Origin: an uncultured Saccharospirillaceae bacterium
Lineage (GTDB): Bacteria > Bacteroidota > Bacteroidia > Flavobacteriales_D > CAJJDF01
DNA length: 64,000 nucleotides
Assembly: GCA_950054195.1 (NCBI GenBank)
Contig: CATLPG010000007.1
Span: 1,579 to 65,578, forward strand
Reading direction: 5' to 3'
Positions 38,638 to 47,207 of the stretch are shown here, one piece after another. Numbering within the stretch: the first letter of the stretch is position 1; each line of letters begins with the position of its first letter. The position numbers and the translations under genes are program-made. The notes under the pieces are model-generated. The model was not told the origin of the DNA. It ran no database searches and worked only from the letters and a program-made list of their open reading frames with translations.

Positions 38638-39037
38638 CACGTCAGAAATAGTAGATCAAATGTTCATCAATGATCCTTTTAGTCGTTGGTTAGGGATCGA
38701 ACGAATGGAAGAAAAGCAAGGAAAAGTTAACTTATCTCTCACCATTAGAGAGGAAATGTTGAATGGCTTTGGTATTGCACATGGTGGTATTGCTTATGCT
38801 TTGGCAGATAGTGCTTTGGCTTTTTCTTCTAACAGCCATGGGAAACAATCCTTGTCGTTAGAAACATCTATTTCTCATACTAAGCCATTGAAAAAAGGAG
38901 ATACCGTTACCACACAAGTAGAAGAAATAAGTTTAACAAGTAAAACTGGTATTTATCAAATTAAACTATTTAACCAAAACTGGGAATTGGTAGCCTTTTT
39001 TAAAGGTACTGTTTACCGTACAAGTAAGGACTGGTAG
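38630..39037 (+). CDS. Hotdog-fold thioesterase, PaaI family
   Basis: GIAHGGIAYALADSA motif and a 135-aa size. Its start overlaps the peptidase stop by 8 nt. Confidence 0.85.
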   Translation: MSNTSEIVDQMFINDPFSRWLGIERMEEKQGKVNLSLTIREEMLNGFGIAHGGIAYALADSALAFSSNSHGKQSLSLETSISHTKPLKKGDTVTTQVEEISLTSKTGIYQIKLFNQNWELVAFFKGTVYRTSKDW

Positions 39038-39046
39038 TTATTTCTA

Positions 39047-39496
39047 CTATATAGTCTTGTTTTTAAAAGCTCTTGATAGTATTACAGGTGTCATAGCCCC
39101 TAGAAAAAGAAAAATAGTGTAGTATCCTCGAAAAGGAAGTCCTATAATATATTCAGGTATCCACGGAGAATCATGAACATCTATTAGTGTAAGCAGGTAT
39201 AGTGATATTATTAAAAAAATAAAAATAAAGGCAACTATAACCAGAATATCGCTGATTAAATAAGAAAGTCTTTTATTCTTCCTTCCATTATAATAAATAA
39301 GTCCAAATACAGGAATTAGAGAAATAAATATTTTATCTAAAATATTGTAAGATATTGGAAAAAAATATTGAAAGTTGGATAGTAAAGTTTGTTGGATTAA
39401 TTCTAGAAAACTAAACCCAAAAGCATACTGAAAAAGTATAAAAGTAAAGACTCCAGTAATAACGATAGCTACCTCAATTCTTGAACTTCTCATCAT
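39047..39496 (-). CDS. Hypothetical membrane protein (4 TM)
   Basis: Hydrophobic helices only. Overlaps the upstream gene by 4 nt. Confidence 0.45.
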   Translation of the reverse strand: MMRSSRIEVAIVITGVFTFILFQYAFGFSFLELIQQTLLSNFQYFFPISYNILDKIFISLIPVFGLIYYNGRKNKRLSYLISDILVIVAFIFIFLIISLYLLTLIDVHDSPWIPEYIIGLPFRGYYTIFLFLGAMTPVILSRAFKNKTI

Positions 39497-40356
39497 TTAG
39501 GCTGCTGAATCGCTTTTTCTGAAAGAAAATTAAACACTCTTCGTACTGTTTTTCTACGGATTTTACTTTGTAATTCGCGATCAAATTTTTTCAAGATATA
39601 TTGAAACTTTATGTCGATATAGTCCTTTTTAAGTTCTACAATCTTTAGGTTAAAAGATTCTCGCTCTAAATATTCGTCAAAATCACTAAGAGCGGATATC
39701 AAGTCATTTTCAAGCGCTTCAATACTTTGTACAGATTGTATATCAATCTGAAAGTCTATACTTAATGAGCGGATATCCTTTTTTGTGTAGTTAATAATAT
39801 CATTCCCATAAATTTTTGAATTAGGAATAATCACTAAATCATCATCATCATTCAAAAGTTTAATTTTGAGCATAGATATTTCATGTACTTTTCCTTTTTG
39901 AGTGCCAAATTGTACATAATCATTGATTTCAAACTCTTTTGAGAAGCTGAAATACAAACCAATCATGAAATCAGTAATATAATCTTTTGTTATGATGGCT
40001 ATAGCAGCAGCAACAATACTTAACGAAGTGAGTAACGATTTTAAATCAATGCCAAATAATCCAAAGATAGTAGCAATCAATCCTAAAAAAATGATAAACC
40101 TACTTATGTTATTTATTCCGTAATTAAAGTTGTCATTTTTGTAGTATGGAATAGATCTACGTGTTTTATAAATGTAATTGATTACTCGTCTAATTAAATC
40201 AATAGAAATAACATAAAAAACAAATGATAAAAGAGCTTTAACGGCATGGTGCTTAATAACTTTTTGTGTATCAAAATAATAAATAGAAAATACACTTCCA
40301 GATACTAACAATGCCTCAATGATAATAATTAAAATTTTTATTTGTCCTTTACTCAT
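39493..40356 (-). CDS. Small mechanosensitive ion channel family protein (MscS-like)
   Basis: Three N-terminal TM helices. FGTQKGKVHEISMLKIKLLNDDDDLVIIPNSKIYGNDIINYTK matches the MscS beta-domain signature (G.V..I......L...D....IPN). Confidence 0.8.
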   Translation of the reverse strand: MSKGQIKILIIIIEALLVSGSVFSIYYFDTQKVIKHHAVKALLSFVFYVISIDLIRRVINYIYKTRRSIPYYKNDNFNYGINNISRFIIFLGLIATIFGLFGIDLKSLLTSLSIVAAAIAIITKDYITDFMIGLYFSFSKEFEINDYVQFGTQKGKVHEISMLKIKLLNDDDDLVIIPNSKIYGNDIINYTKKDIRSLSIDFQIDIQSVQSIEALENDLISALSDFDEYLERESFNLKIVELKKDYIDIKFQYILKKFDRELQSKIRRKTVRRVFNFLSEKAIQQPK

Positions 40357-40358
40357 AG

Positions 40359-40949
40359 TTATACCCAGTCGTTTTTGTCGAGAATAAAAAAGATACTTCT
40401 AAATAGATAAAGAGCTAATACGATAAAAAAACGCTTGATGCCCAATTTCAATTCTTTTCCATCTCTAGTTCCTTTAAATACAATTAAACAAAGAATAAAA
40501 GCTATAATTAGTTTTATAAAATCGATAATATCAATGGTATCCACAGAAAAATTAACGCCATTAAAGATCATTTGCATTAATACTAACAAACCAAAAAACA
40601 AGAAAACACCTCTATAATCAGTGTTTTTCTTTCTAAACACGCGAATTATAAGAAAGATAGCAAAGGCTAAAACAGTAAAATTTCTTACCAACCGAAATTC
40701 ACCAGGTATTGTATCAGCATAACCTTCATAACCAAAGAGTAAATAAATTAAACTGCCACCAAATGCAGCTAATAACGGGCTGTATTGCGACACAGGAGTA
40801 GTAAATAAAAAGAAAATAGAAAGTACTCCTATGCCTAAATCAACATAGTTTAAGGGAAAAGCAAATTTACCATGTGTGAGTATAAAGCTACCGCCAAACC
40901 CAAGCACAGTTAAGATGAAAATGATGAATACTTTAATGTCCCATTTCAT
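40359..40949 (-). CDS. Hypothetical membrane protein (6 TM)
   Basis: Hydrophobic helices only. Lies 2 nt upstream of the MscS-like gene. Confidence 0.45.
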   Translation of the reverse strand: MKWDIKVFIIFILTVLGFGGSFILTHGKFAFPLNYVDLGIGVLSIFFLFTTPVSQYSPLLAAFGGSLIYLLFGYEGYADTIPGEFRLVRNFTVLAFAIFLIIRVFRKKNTDYRGVFLFFGLLVLMQMIFNGVNFSVDTIDIIDFIKLIIAFILCLIVFKGTRDGKELKLGIKRFFIVLALYLFRSIFFILDKNDWV

Positions 40950-41021
40950 TATAAGCTACTTTTATATCACTTTATACATGCATTCATGCAAATGTGAAAT
41001 GCTTTGTAAAAGTAAAAACTT

Positions 41022-42005
41022 TTATTGGATAAGATACTTTTTAAAGCCTCCGTGGTAATAAATTTGGTAAGAGTCGTTTTCTTCAACAATAAACATGACA
41101 GAAGCATTTTTTAACAGGGGAGAGTGTGTTAAAAAATCAATCGACTGCTCGTAGCCCATTACTAAAAGTGTAGTAGCTAAAGCGTCAGCATCTATGCAAG
41201 TTTCATCAAGAATGGTAACGCTTAATAATTGGTGGGTTACGCCTTTTCCTGTTCTAGGATTGATAGCATGGGAATATTTTTTGCCTTCTTTTTCAATAAA
41301 CTTTCGGTAACTACCAGAAGTAGCCATGCTTTTATTTGATAACTCAACAATATGTTGAAAGTCTCTGTTCTCAATGGTTGACTCAGGGCTCTCGATACCA
41401 ATTCGCCAAGGTTGATTTTTACTGTTTTTTCCTTTTACTCTTAGTTCACCACCAATTTCGACAAAATAGTTTTGGATGTTCTTTCGGTCTAAAAACTCAC
41501 AAAGAATATCAACGGAGTAACCTTGAGCAATCGCATTCATATTAATTTTAATAGAAGAATCACTTTTGATAACTTGTTTTTTCTCTTGGATCACTCGGTA
41601 AGTTCGCTCTTTGTTTAATAAAGAATCAAGAGATACCCCAGAAGTGGAATCATGCTCAGTAAGCATTGTAGCTGTAGGGTCAAAAAGTCCTTTCGAAAGG
41701 GATTTCCAATACAACGCACGAGTTAAACAAGGTTCTACATATTGTGTTTGAGAAAAATTGGTATAATTTTTTTTATTAAATAACGAAATCCATGAATCTG
41801 GTTTGTAGGTTGATAATTCGTTGTCGAAATTTTGCAGTATCGTTAAGATTGAATCCGAAAAATCTCTCTTTAATGAATCATCATACGTTATTTTAAACGT
41901 GCTTCCTTGAGCTTCTCCAGATATTGTTAAATACTTTTTTTGTGGCTTACTACAGGATACTAGTATGAGGCAAACAATATAGAGGAAACTTAAGAATTTA
42001 GTCAT
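41022..42005 (-). CDS. apbE: FAD:protein FMN transferase (ApbE family lipoprotein)
   Basis: Lipobox LVSC-S, with AIAQGYSVD, ATSGSYRKF and HAINPRTG motifs. Confidence 0.85.
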   Translation of the reverse strand: MTKFLSFLYIVCLILVSCSKPQKKYLTISGEAQGSTFKITYDDSLKRDFSDSILTILQNFDNELSTYKPDSWISLFNKKNYTNFSQTQYVEPCLTRALYWKSLSKGLFDPTATMLTEHDSTSGVSLDSLLNKERTYRVIQEKKQVIKSDSSIKINMNAIAQGYSVDILCEFLDRKNIQNYFVEIGGELRVKGKNSKNQPWRIGIESPESTIENRDFQHIVELSNKSMATSGSYRKFIEKEGKKYSHAINPRTGKGVTHQLLSVTILDETCIDADALATTLLVMGYEQSIDFLTHSPLLKNASVMFIVEENDSYQIYYHGGFKKYLIQ

Positions 42006-42011
42006 AAAAAA

Positions 42012-42272
42012 TTAGAGCTGTTTTATTATGTAATTTACTAGCATGGTGCCAACACTAAGACTAAAAAGCCATACAATGATTTTTGCTCCATGCTTAAAGT
42101 TAAAGGTAAGATGGAGAATAGTAAAAATAATTACAGCTAATAGTGGAAAGAGGGCAGGAAACATAAAAAAGCTATCAGAAACTTTTCCCTCTGTTAAAAG
42201 CAAAAATGCCCGTTGTGCTCCGCACCCCGGGCATTCTCTGCCTAATAATTGTTTAAAATGACAATCTAACAA
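42012..42272 (-). CDS. DUF2752 domain-containing membrane protein
   Basis: CPGCGAQRA motif followed by two TM helices. Confidence 0.75.
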   Translation of the reverse strand: MLDCHFKQLLGRECPGCGAQRAFLLLTEGKVSDSFFMFPALFPLLAVIIFTILHLTFNFKHGAKIIVWLFSLSVGTMLVNYIIKQL

Positions 42273-42278
42273 GGATTG

Positions 42279-42650
42279 TTATTGATTTTGCATTGCTTCT
42301 CTCATTGCATCTTGGAATTCAGCTCCACCTGCACTAACAGCAGCAGTTACCATCAATACAAATATTATATAATAAATTAAATAAAGTGCACTGAATGATA
42401 AACCTATAATACCACAAATAAAACCAGCCTTAGCGTTTTTAAAAGATGCCTCAACATATTTTGATGGTGCAGCATCATATAGTTTTTTATCTTTTCTATA
42501 TAAAACAATAGCAATAATTCCACAAATTATTCCAGGGATACCAGCCGCCCAGCATAATGCGATAGAAATAATACCTAATACTAAAGTTGCAGTTGCATTT
42601 GGTAATTTTTGATTTCCATTAAAATCGTCTAAAGAGTTAGTTTCTTCCAT
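42279..42650 (-). CDS. CCC-motif membrane protein (DUF4190-like)
   Basis: Three TM helices, each carrying a conserved Cys (ALCW, IICG, FICG). It shows the usual pairing with DUF2752. Confidence 0.65.
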   Translation of the reverse strand: MEETNSLDDFNGNQKLPNATATLVLGIISIALCWAAGIPGIICGIIAIVLYRKDKKLYDAAPSKYVEASFKNAKAGFICGIIGLSFSALYLIYYIIFVLMVTAAVSAGGAEFQDAMREAMQNQ

Positions 42651-42662
42651 AGTTAAGTTGTT

Positions 42663-43379
42663 TTAGTTTTTGTTAGGCGACAAATATAGAAGTTTTTTGT
42701 TCACTTCAGTATGTATTTTATCCATTAATTCACTCATACTTAGTTCAGAATTGTCAATTTCAATGGCATCATCAGCTTTTCTTAACGGATTTTCCTCTCT
42801 ATGGGTGTCTTGATAATCCCTATCCATTAAATTCTTCTTAACATCTCGTTCAGTTATTTTATATCCTTTAGCAGTTAACTCTTCGTATCTACGCTGTGTG
42901 CGAATATCTATATCTGATGTCAAAAAAAGCTTAAGTTCAGCATTAGGTAAAATAGCTGTTCCTATATCTCTACCGTCCATTACAATCCCTTTCTCAGCCC
43001 CCATATCTTTTTGAAGCGCTGATAATTTATCCCTCACTTCTTTAATAGAGCTCACACCACTAACTACTTTAGAAACTTTAGGGTCTCTTATTTTTCGTTC
43101 TACGTTTTCTCCGTTGAGGTAAGTTTCAGAAGATTTTAGCTTTTCATTAAACTTAAAGGTAATCGTTATTTTATCTAAGCTATCAGCAATTAAACCTGCG
43201 GGAATTTTACCATCCTTAATCAAGCCTCTTTCAAGAAAATAAAGAGCTACAGCTCGATACATGGCTCCTGTATCCACATAAGAATATTGTAGTTCTTTCG
43301 CTAGTAATTTGGCAACTGTACTTTTGCCACAGGATGAGTATCCATCAATAGCAACATTTATTTTTCTTGATTCTTCCAT
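42663..43379 (-). CDS. cmk: (d)CMP kinase
   Basis: P-loop VAIDGYSSCGKSTVAKLLA, with DTGAMYR and DGRDIGT motifs. Confidence 0.9.
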   Translation of the reverse strand: MEESRKINVAIDGYSSCGKSTVAKLLAKELQYSYVDTGAMYRAVALYFLERGLIKDGKIPAGLIADSLDKITITFKFNEKLKSSETYLNGENVERKIRDPKVSKVVSGVSSIKEVRDKLSALQKDMGAEKGIVMDGRDIGTAILPNAELKLFLTSDIDIRTQRRYEELTAKGYKITERDVKKNLMDRDYQDTHREENPLRKADDAIEIDNSELSMSELMDKIHTEVNKKLLYLSPNKN

Positions 43380-43599
43380 ACGCTAAAAACAAATCTACTA
43401 TATTCTACACATTCGTGAAACAATGTAGCTAAAGAGGTAATAAACATTTTCGCATAATTATTAACGATTTTTAGCTACTCCTATTCAGTAACAGATATTC
43501 CTCAGCAATGAAATTAAAAAACCGCATAATAATTTAGAGTGAAAAATAGCTTTTTGGCTCAATTTTTGTTGTTGTTTAGGGTGAATTGTAATACAACCT

Positions 43600-46005
43600 A
43601 TGACCGTAAAAATTATCTCTATTGTAACTTTTATATGCTTGTCTTTTTCTCTTGTTAGTCAAACTGTTACTGTTAAGGATAAAGAAACTGACCTTACAAT
43701 TCCTTCAGTAACACTTAAAGATCGGGAGTCAAATACGTATGAAATTTCTGATATTAACGGGAGAGTCGATGTTTCTTCGTTTAAAAAATCAGAAGCCATT
43801 GAAATACGAGCAGTAGGTTATAAACCAACAGTTGCCACTTTTGAAGATATCACCGCATCAGAGACTTACTATTTAGCTCCTTCTATTACTAGTTTAAATG
43901 ATATGGTTGTTTATGGTACACGCGTGAAGCAGCTACTTAGTGAAATGCCAAACAGAGTGATTAGTATTTCCCCAAAAGAAGTAGCCTTGCAAAACCCACA
44001 AACTGCAGCTGATTTATTAGGGAGTTCTGGTAAAGTGTTTATTCAAAAAAGTCAGCAAGGAGGAGGTAGTCCTATGATTAGAGGTTTTGCTACTAATCGT
44101 TTATTATACACAATTGATGGTGTACGTATGAATACAGCCATCTTTAGAGGAGGAAATTTACAAAATGTAATCTCATTAGACCCATTTGCTATTGAAGGAA
44201 CCGAGGTTATTTTTGGACCGGGATCTGTTTTATATGGTAGTGATGCTATTGGTGGTGTGATGAGCTTCCAAACGTTAACACCACAATTTACTTTAGAAGA
44301 TAATCCAACTTTTTTCGGACATGCATCAACACGTTTTGCAAGCGCCAACAATGAAAAGACTGGTCATTTCGATTTTAATATTGGATGGAAAAAGTGGGCA
44401 ATGGTAACTAGTGTAAGCTATAATGATTATGGAGATTTAATGATGGGATCTCATGGTCCAGATGATTATTTGCGTCCGTTTTATGTTGAACGCATTGATA
44501 CAGCAGATGTCGTAATAGCCAATGAAAACGATAAAATACAAAACCCTACAGGTTACAAGCAAATTAACTTAATGCAGAAAATACGTTTTCAACCAAATAA
44601 TCATTGGGATTTTCAATATGGGTTTCATTACTCCGAAACATCTGATTATAGCAGGTATGATCGCCATATACGTTTAAGGAATGGTGCTCCTCGCTACGGA
44701 GAGTGGAAATATGGACCTCAGAAATGGATGATGAATAACCTTACAATCACTAATAATTACTCCAATATAATGTATGACCAAATGGTTGTTCGATTAGCTC
44801 ATCAGTTTTTTGAAGAAAGTAGAATTTCTAGAGATTTTAATTCTCCTGAAAGAGAAACAAGAATAGAAGAAGTTCAAGCTTACTCTGCAAATGCTGATTT
44901 TGTAAAACGCTTACATAAAAACAATAAGCTTTTTTATGGTGTGGAGTGGGTGTATAACGATGTTACATCACAAGGAATTAATGAAAATATTATAGCACAA
45001 ACACAAAGTGTTGGTCCGGCTAGGTATCCGCAGGCATTCTGGCAATCCGCAGGCATTTATATTTCTGATCAACAAAACGTAAATGATAAGTTACTATTGA
45101 AATCATCATTGAGGTATAGCTTTTTCCAAATTGATGCTCAATTTGATACTACTTTTTATCCATTTACGTTTACCAATGCATCAATTGTGAATAGTGCTGT
45201 TACGGGTAGTTTAGGAGCAACTTATCAACCAGCCAAAGATTGGATGATTAGTACTAACTTGGCAACAGCTTTCCGTTCTCCAAATGTGGATGATGTGGGT
45301 AAAGTTTTTGACTCAGAACCTGGGGCAGTTACTGTTCCGAATCCCAGCTTAACAGCAGAATATGCTTACAATGCCGATATTAATATTGCAAAAACCATTA
45401 AAGAATGGTGTAAAATCGAAATTTCAGGATATTACACGTTACTAGAAAATGCTTTGGTTAGGCGGGATTATGAGTTGGCAGGTCAAGATAGTATAATGTA
45501 CGATGGTGTCTTGAGTAAGGTGCAAGCCATTCAAAATGCTGCTCAAGCAAATGTATATGGTGTTCAGGGGAGCTTAACCTTTAAATTCAATAAACAATTT
45601 AGTTTCTCTAATGACATCAATTATCAAATTGGTTCAGAAGAACTGGATGATGGAAGTGTTAGTCCGTCAAGACATGCAGCACCAGTATTTGGTGTATCGC
45701 GTTTAAGTTTTCAAATGAAAGGCTTGCGAGTAGATCTTTATGCTAATTACAGCGGAGAAAAATCATTCGATGAGTTACCAGAAAGTGAGAAAGGAAAAGA
45801 CTACCTCTATGCGAAAGACGATGAAGGAAATCCATACTCTCCAAGTTGGGCAACGCTCAACCTAAAAGCATTGTTTAAAGTGAATGATTACTTGTCATTA
45901 AGTGGAGGAGTAGAAAATATCACCGATCAACGTTACAGACCATATAGTTCTGGATTAACAGCACCAAGTAGAAACTTTATATTATCGGCTAGGTGTAGTT
46001 TCTAG
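43600..46005 (+). CDS. TonB-dependent receptor with N-terminal carboxypeptidase-regulatory-like domain
   Basis: Has a signal peptide. Plug motifs are GGGSPMIRGF and IDGVRMN. The beta-barrel ends in a terminal F. Confidence 0.9.
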   Translation: MTVKIISIVTFICLSFSLVSQTVTVKDKETDLTIPSVTLKDRESNTYEISDINGRVDVSSFKKSEAIEIRAVGYKPTVATFEDITASETYYLAPSITSLNDMVVYGTRVKQLLSEMPNRVISISPKEVALQNPQTAADLLGSSGKVFIQKSQQGGGSPMIRGFATNRLLYTIDGVRMNTAIFRGGNLQNVISLDPFAIEGTEVIFGPGSVLYGSDAIGGVMSFQTLTPQFTLEDNPTFFGHASTRFASANNEKTGHFDFNIGWKKWAMVTSVSYNDYGDLMMGSHGPDDYLRPFYVERIDTADVVIANENDKIQNPTGYKQINLMQKIRFQPNNHWDFQYGFHYSETSDYSRYDRHIRLRNGAPRYGEWKYGPQKWMMNNLTITNNYSNIMYDQMVVRLAHQFFEESRISRDFNSPERETRIEEVQAYSANADFVKRLHKNNKLFYGVEWVYNDVTSQGINENIIAQTQSVGPARYPQAFWQSAGIYISDQQNVNDKLLLKSSLRYSFFQIDAQFDTTFYPFTFTNASIVNSAVTGSLGATYQPAKDWMISTNLATAFRSPNVDDVGKVFDSEPGAVTVPNPSLTAEYAYNADINIAKTIKEWCKIEISGYYTLLENALVRRDYELAGQDSIMYDGVLSKVQAIQNAAQANVYGVQGSLTFKFNKQFSFSNDINYQIGSEELDDGSVSPSRHAAPVFGVSRLSFQMKGLRVDLYANYSGEKSFDELPESEKGKDYLYAKDDEGNPYSPSWATLNLKALFKVNDYLSLSGGVENITDQRYRPYSSGLTAPSRNFILSARCSF

Positions 46006-46086
46006 TTATTAAATAAAGAATCAATAATAGTATTTAGCAACTTTTTTCATCCTTTTTCGTTACTATAAATAGTATATAAAGAGACA

Positions 46087-46353
46087 ATGAAATATACCTT
46101 GGATTTAGATATTAAAAATGAAAAAGCGAAAGCTTTGCTTCGTTATATATCCACTTTGGACTTTGTTAAGGTTTCGGAATTTGATGGAGTTGAAGAAGTA
46201 GGAGAGAATGAATACGTTGGCTATAGCTACTCAGAAAATAAACCATTGACCAAGCAAGATGTTGTCAATAGGTCAGAAAACGCTGTTCAACAATATAAAA
46301 AAGGCAAGTACACCACTCATGAGGATTTTTTAAAGGAATCTGAAAATTGGTAG
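46087..46353 (+). CDS. Putative antitoxin of a type II toxin-antitoxin pair
   Basis: An 88-aa ORF ending 1 nt before the ParE/RelE-like gene. The assignment is by position only. Confidence 0.5.
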   Translation: MKYTLDLDIKNEKAKALLRYISTLDFVKVSEFDGVEEVGENEYVGYSYSENKPLTKQDVVNRSENAVQQYKKGKYTTHEDFLKESENW

Positions 46354-46354
46354 A

Positions 46355-46666
46355 ATGAGAAAGATTTTATGGTCTGATCAAGCTAAACTTGAGATTAAAA
46401 GCATTGTTTCTTATTACAGAAAAGTAGCTCCCAATCACATTGCGGATAAGATAAAGAAAGGTATTCTAGAAGCTCCCAAGCATGCAATTGTCTTTAAAAA
46501 GATAGGAGCGGTTGATGAAGACTTAACTTTTCTAGGAAAAGAATATCGGTATTGTAGATACTCTCATTACAGAATCATTTACATAATAGTTAAAGATGGT
46601 ATACTAATCACTGATGTTTTTGATTCAAGACAAAACCCTACAGAAAAGGTGATTAAAAATAAATAA
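46355..46666 (+). CDS. Type II toxin-antitoxin system RelE/ParE family toxin
   Basis: The 103-aa size, ILWSDQAKLEIKSIVSYY at the N-terminus and YRIIYIIVKDGILITDVFDSRQNP at the C-terminus fit the ParE/RelE fold pattern. Confidence 0.75.
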   Translation: MRKILWSDQAKLEIKSIVSYYRKVAPNHIADKIKKGILEAPKHAIVFKKIGAVDEDLTFLGKEYRYCRYSHYRIIYIIVKDGILITDVFDSRQNPTEKVIKNK

Positions 46667-46769
46667 TGATCTTTTATATCAGACTACTCGTTGATATTCC
46701 AACCATTTTAGCGGCTTATCGAGATGAAGATTGCCAAACTCCAGGAGGATTATAATTCATGCAATTTTC

Positions 46770-47198
46770 TTAACTTTTCATATTTATTTCTATAAAAAAA
46801 GTGGAGTGGATGTATTGTTCTTTCATTTTTCCATCTTTAAATATTGATACTGTGTTATCAATAAGACTAATGGAGTCGCCTACATCAACATATGAGCAAT
46901 ATACTATCATTTCGGCTAAAGGATACTTAATTACACACAAATAGCCAATATTATCGGAGTCATCACGAGGATCATGATCTTTAATGTTTGTTTGGGAGAG
47001 GTTTAGCTTTACTAAGCATGATCCATTTACTAAATGTTTTTTATTAATCACTAATCCAGAAAAGTTAAAGTTTTTATACCTCTCTCTATTTTGTTTAATC
47101 TCCTTATTGGATCTATTTGTATCATAGTAAACAAATATTAAAAGTCCTATTACAATTAAGATAAAAGCATATATGTTATATTTTCTGCTTTTCTTCAT
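46770..47198 (-). CDS. Hypothetical membrane-anchored protein
   Basis: Single N-terminal TM helix. No recognisable domain. Confidence 0.45.
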   Translation of the reverse strand: MKKSRKYNIYAFILIVIGLLIFVYYDTNRSNKEIKQNRERYKNFNFSGLVINKKHLVNGSCLVKLNLSQTNIKDHDPRDDSDNIGYLCVIKYPLAEMIVYCSYVDVGDSISLIDNTVSIFKDGKMKEQYIHSTFFIEINMKS

Positions 47199-47207
47199 AA
47201 AAGTGCA

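Noticed and set aside
46667-46769. SD-like AGGAGG followed by a short ORF, and a possible gene remnant next to the toxin-antitoxin pair
   Set aside because: The only ORFs are ~4-14 codons, and Bacteroidota do not rely on strong SD sequences. There is no repeat or homology evidence I can verify.
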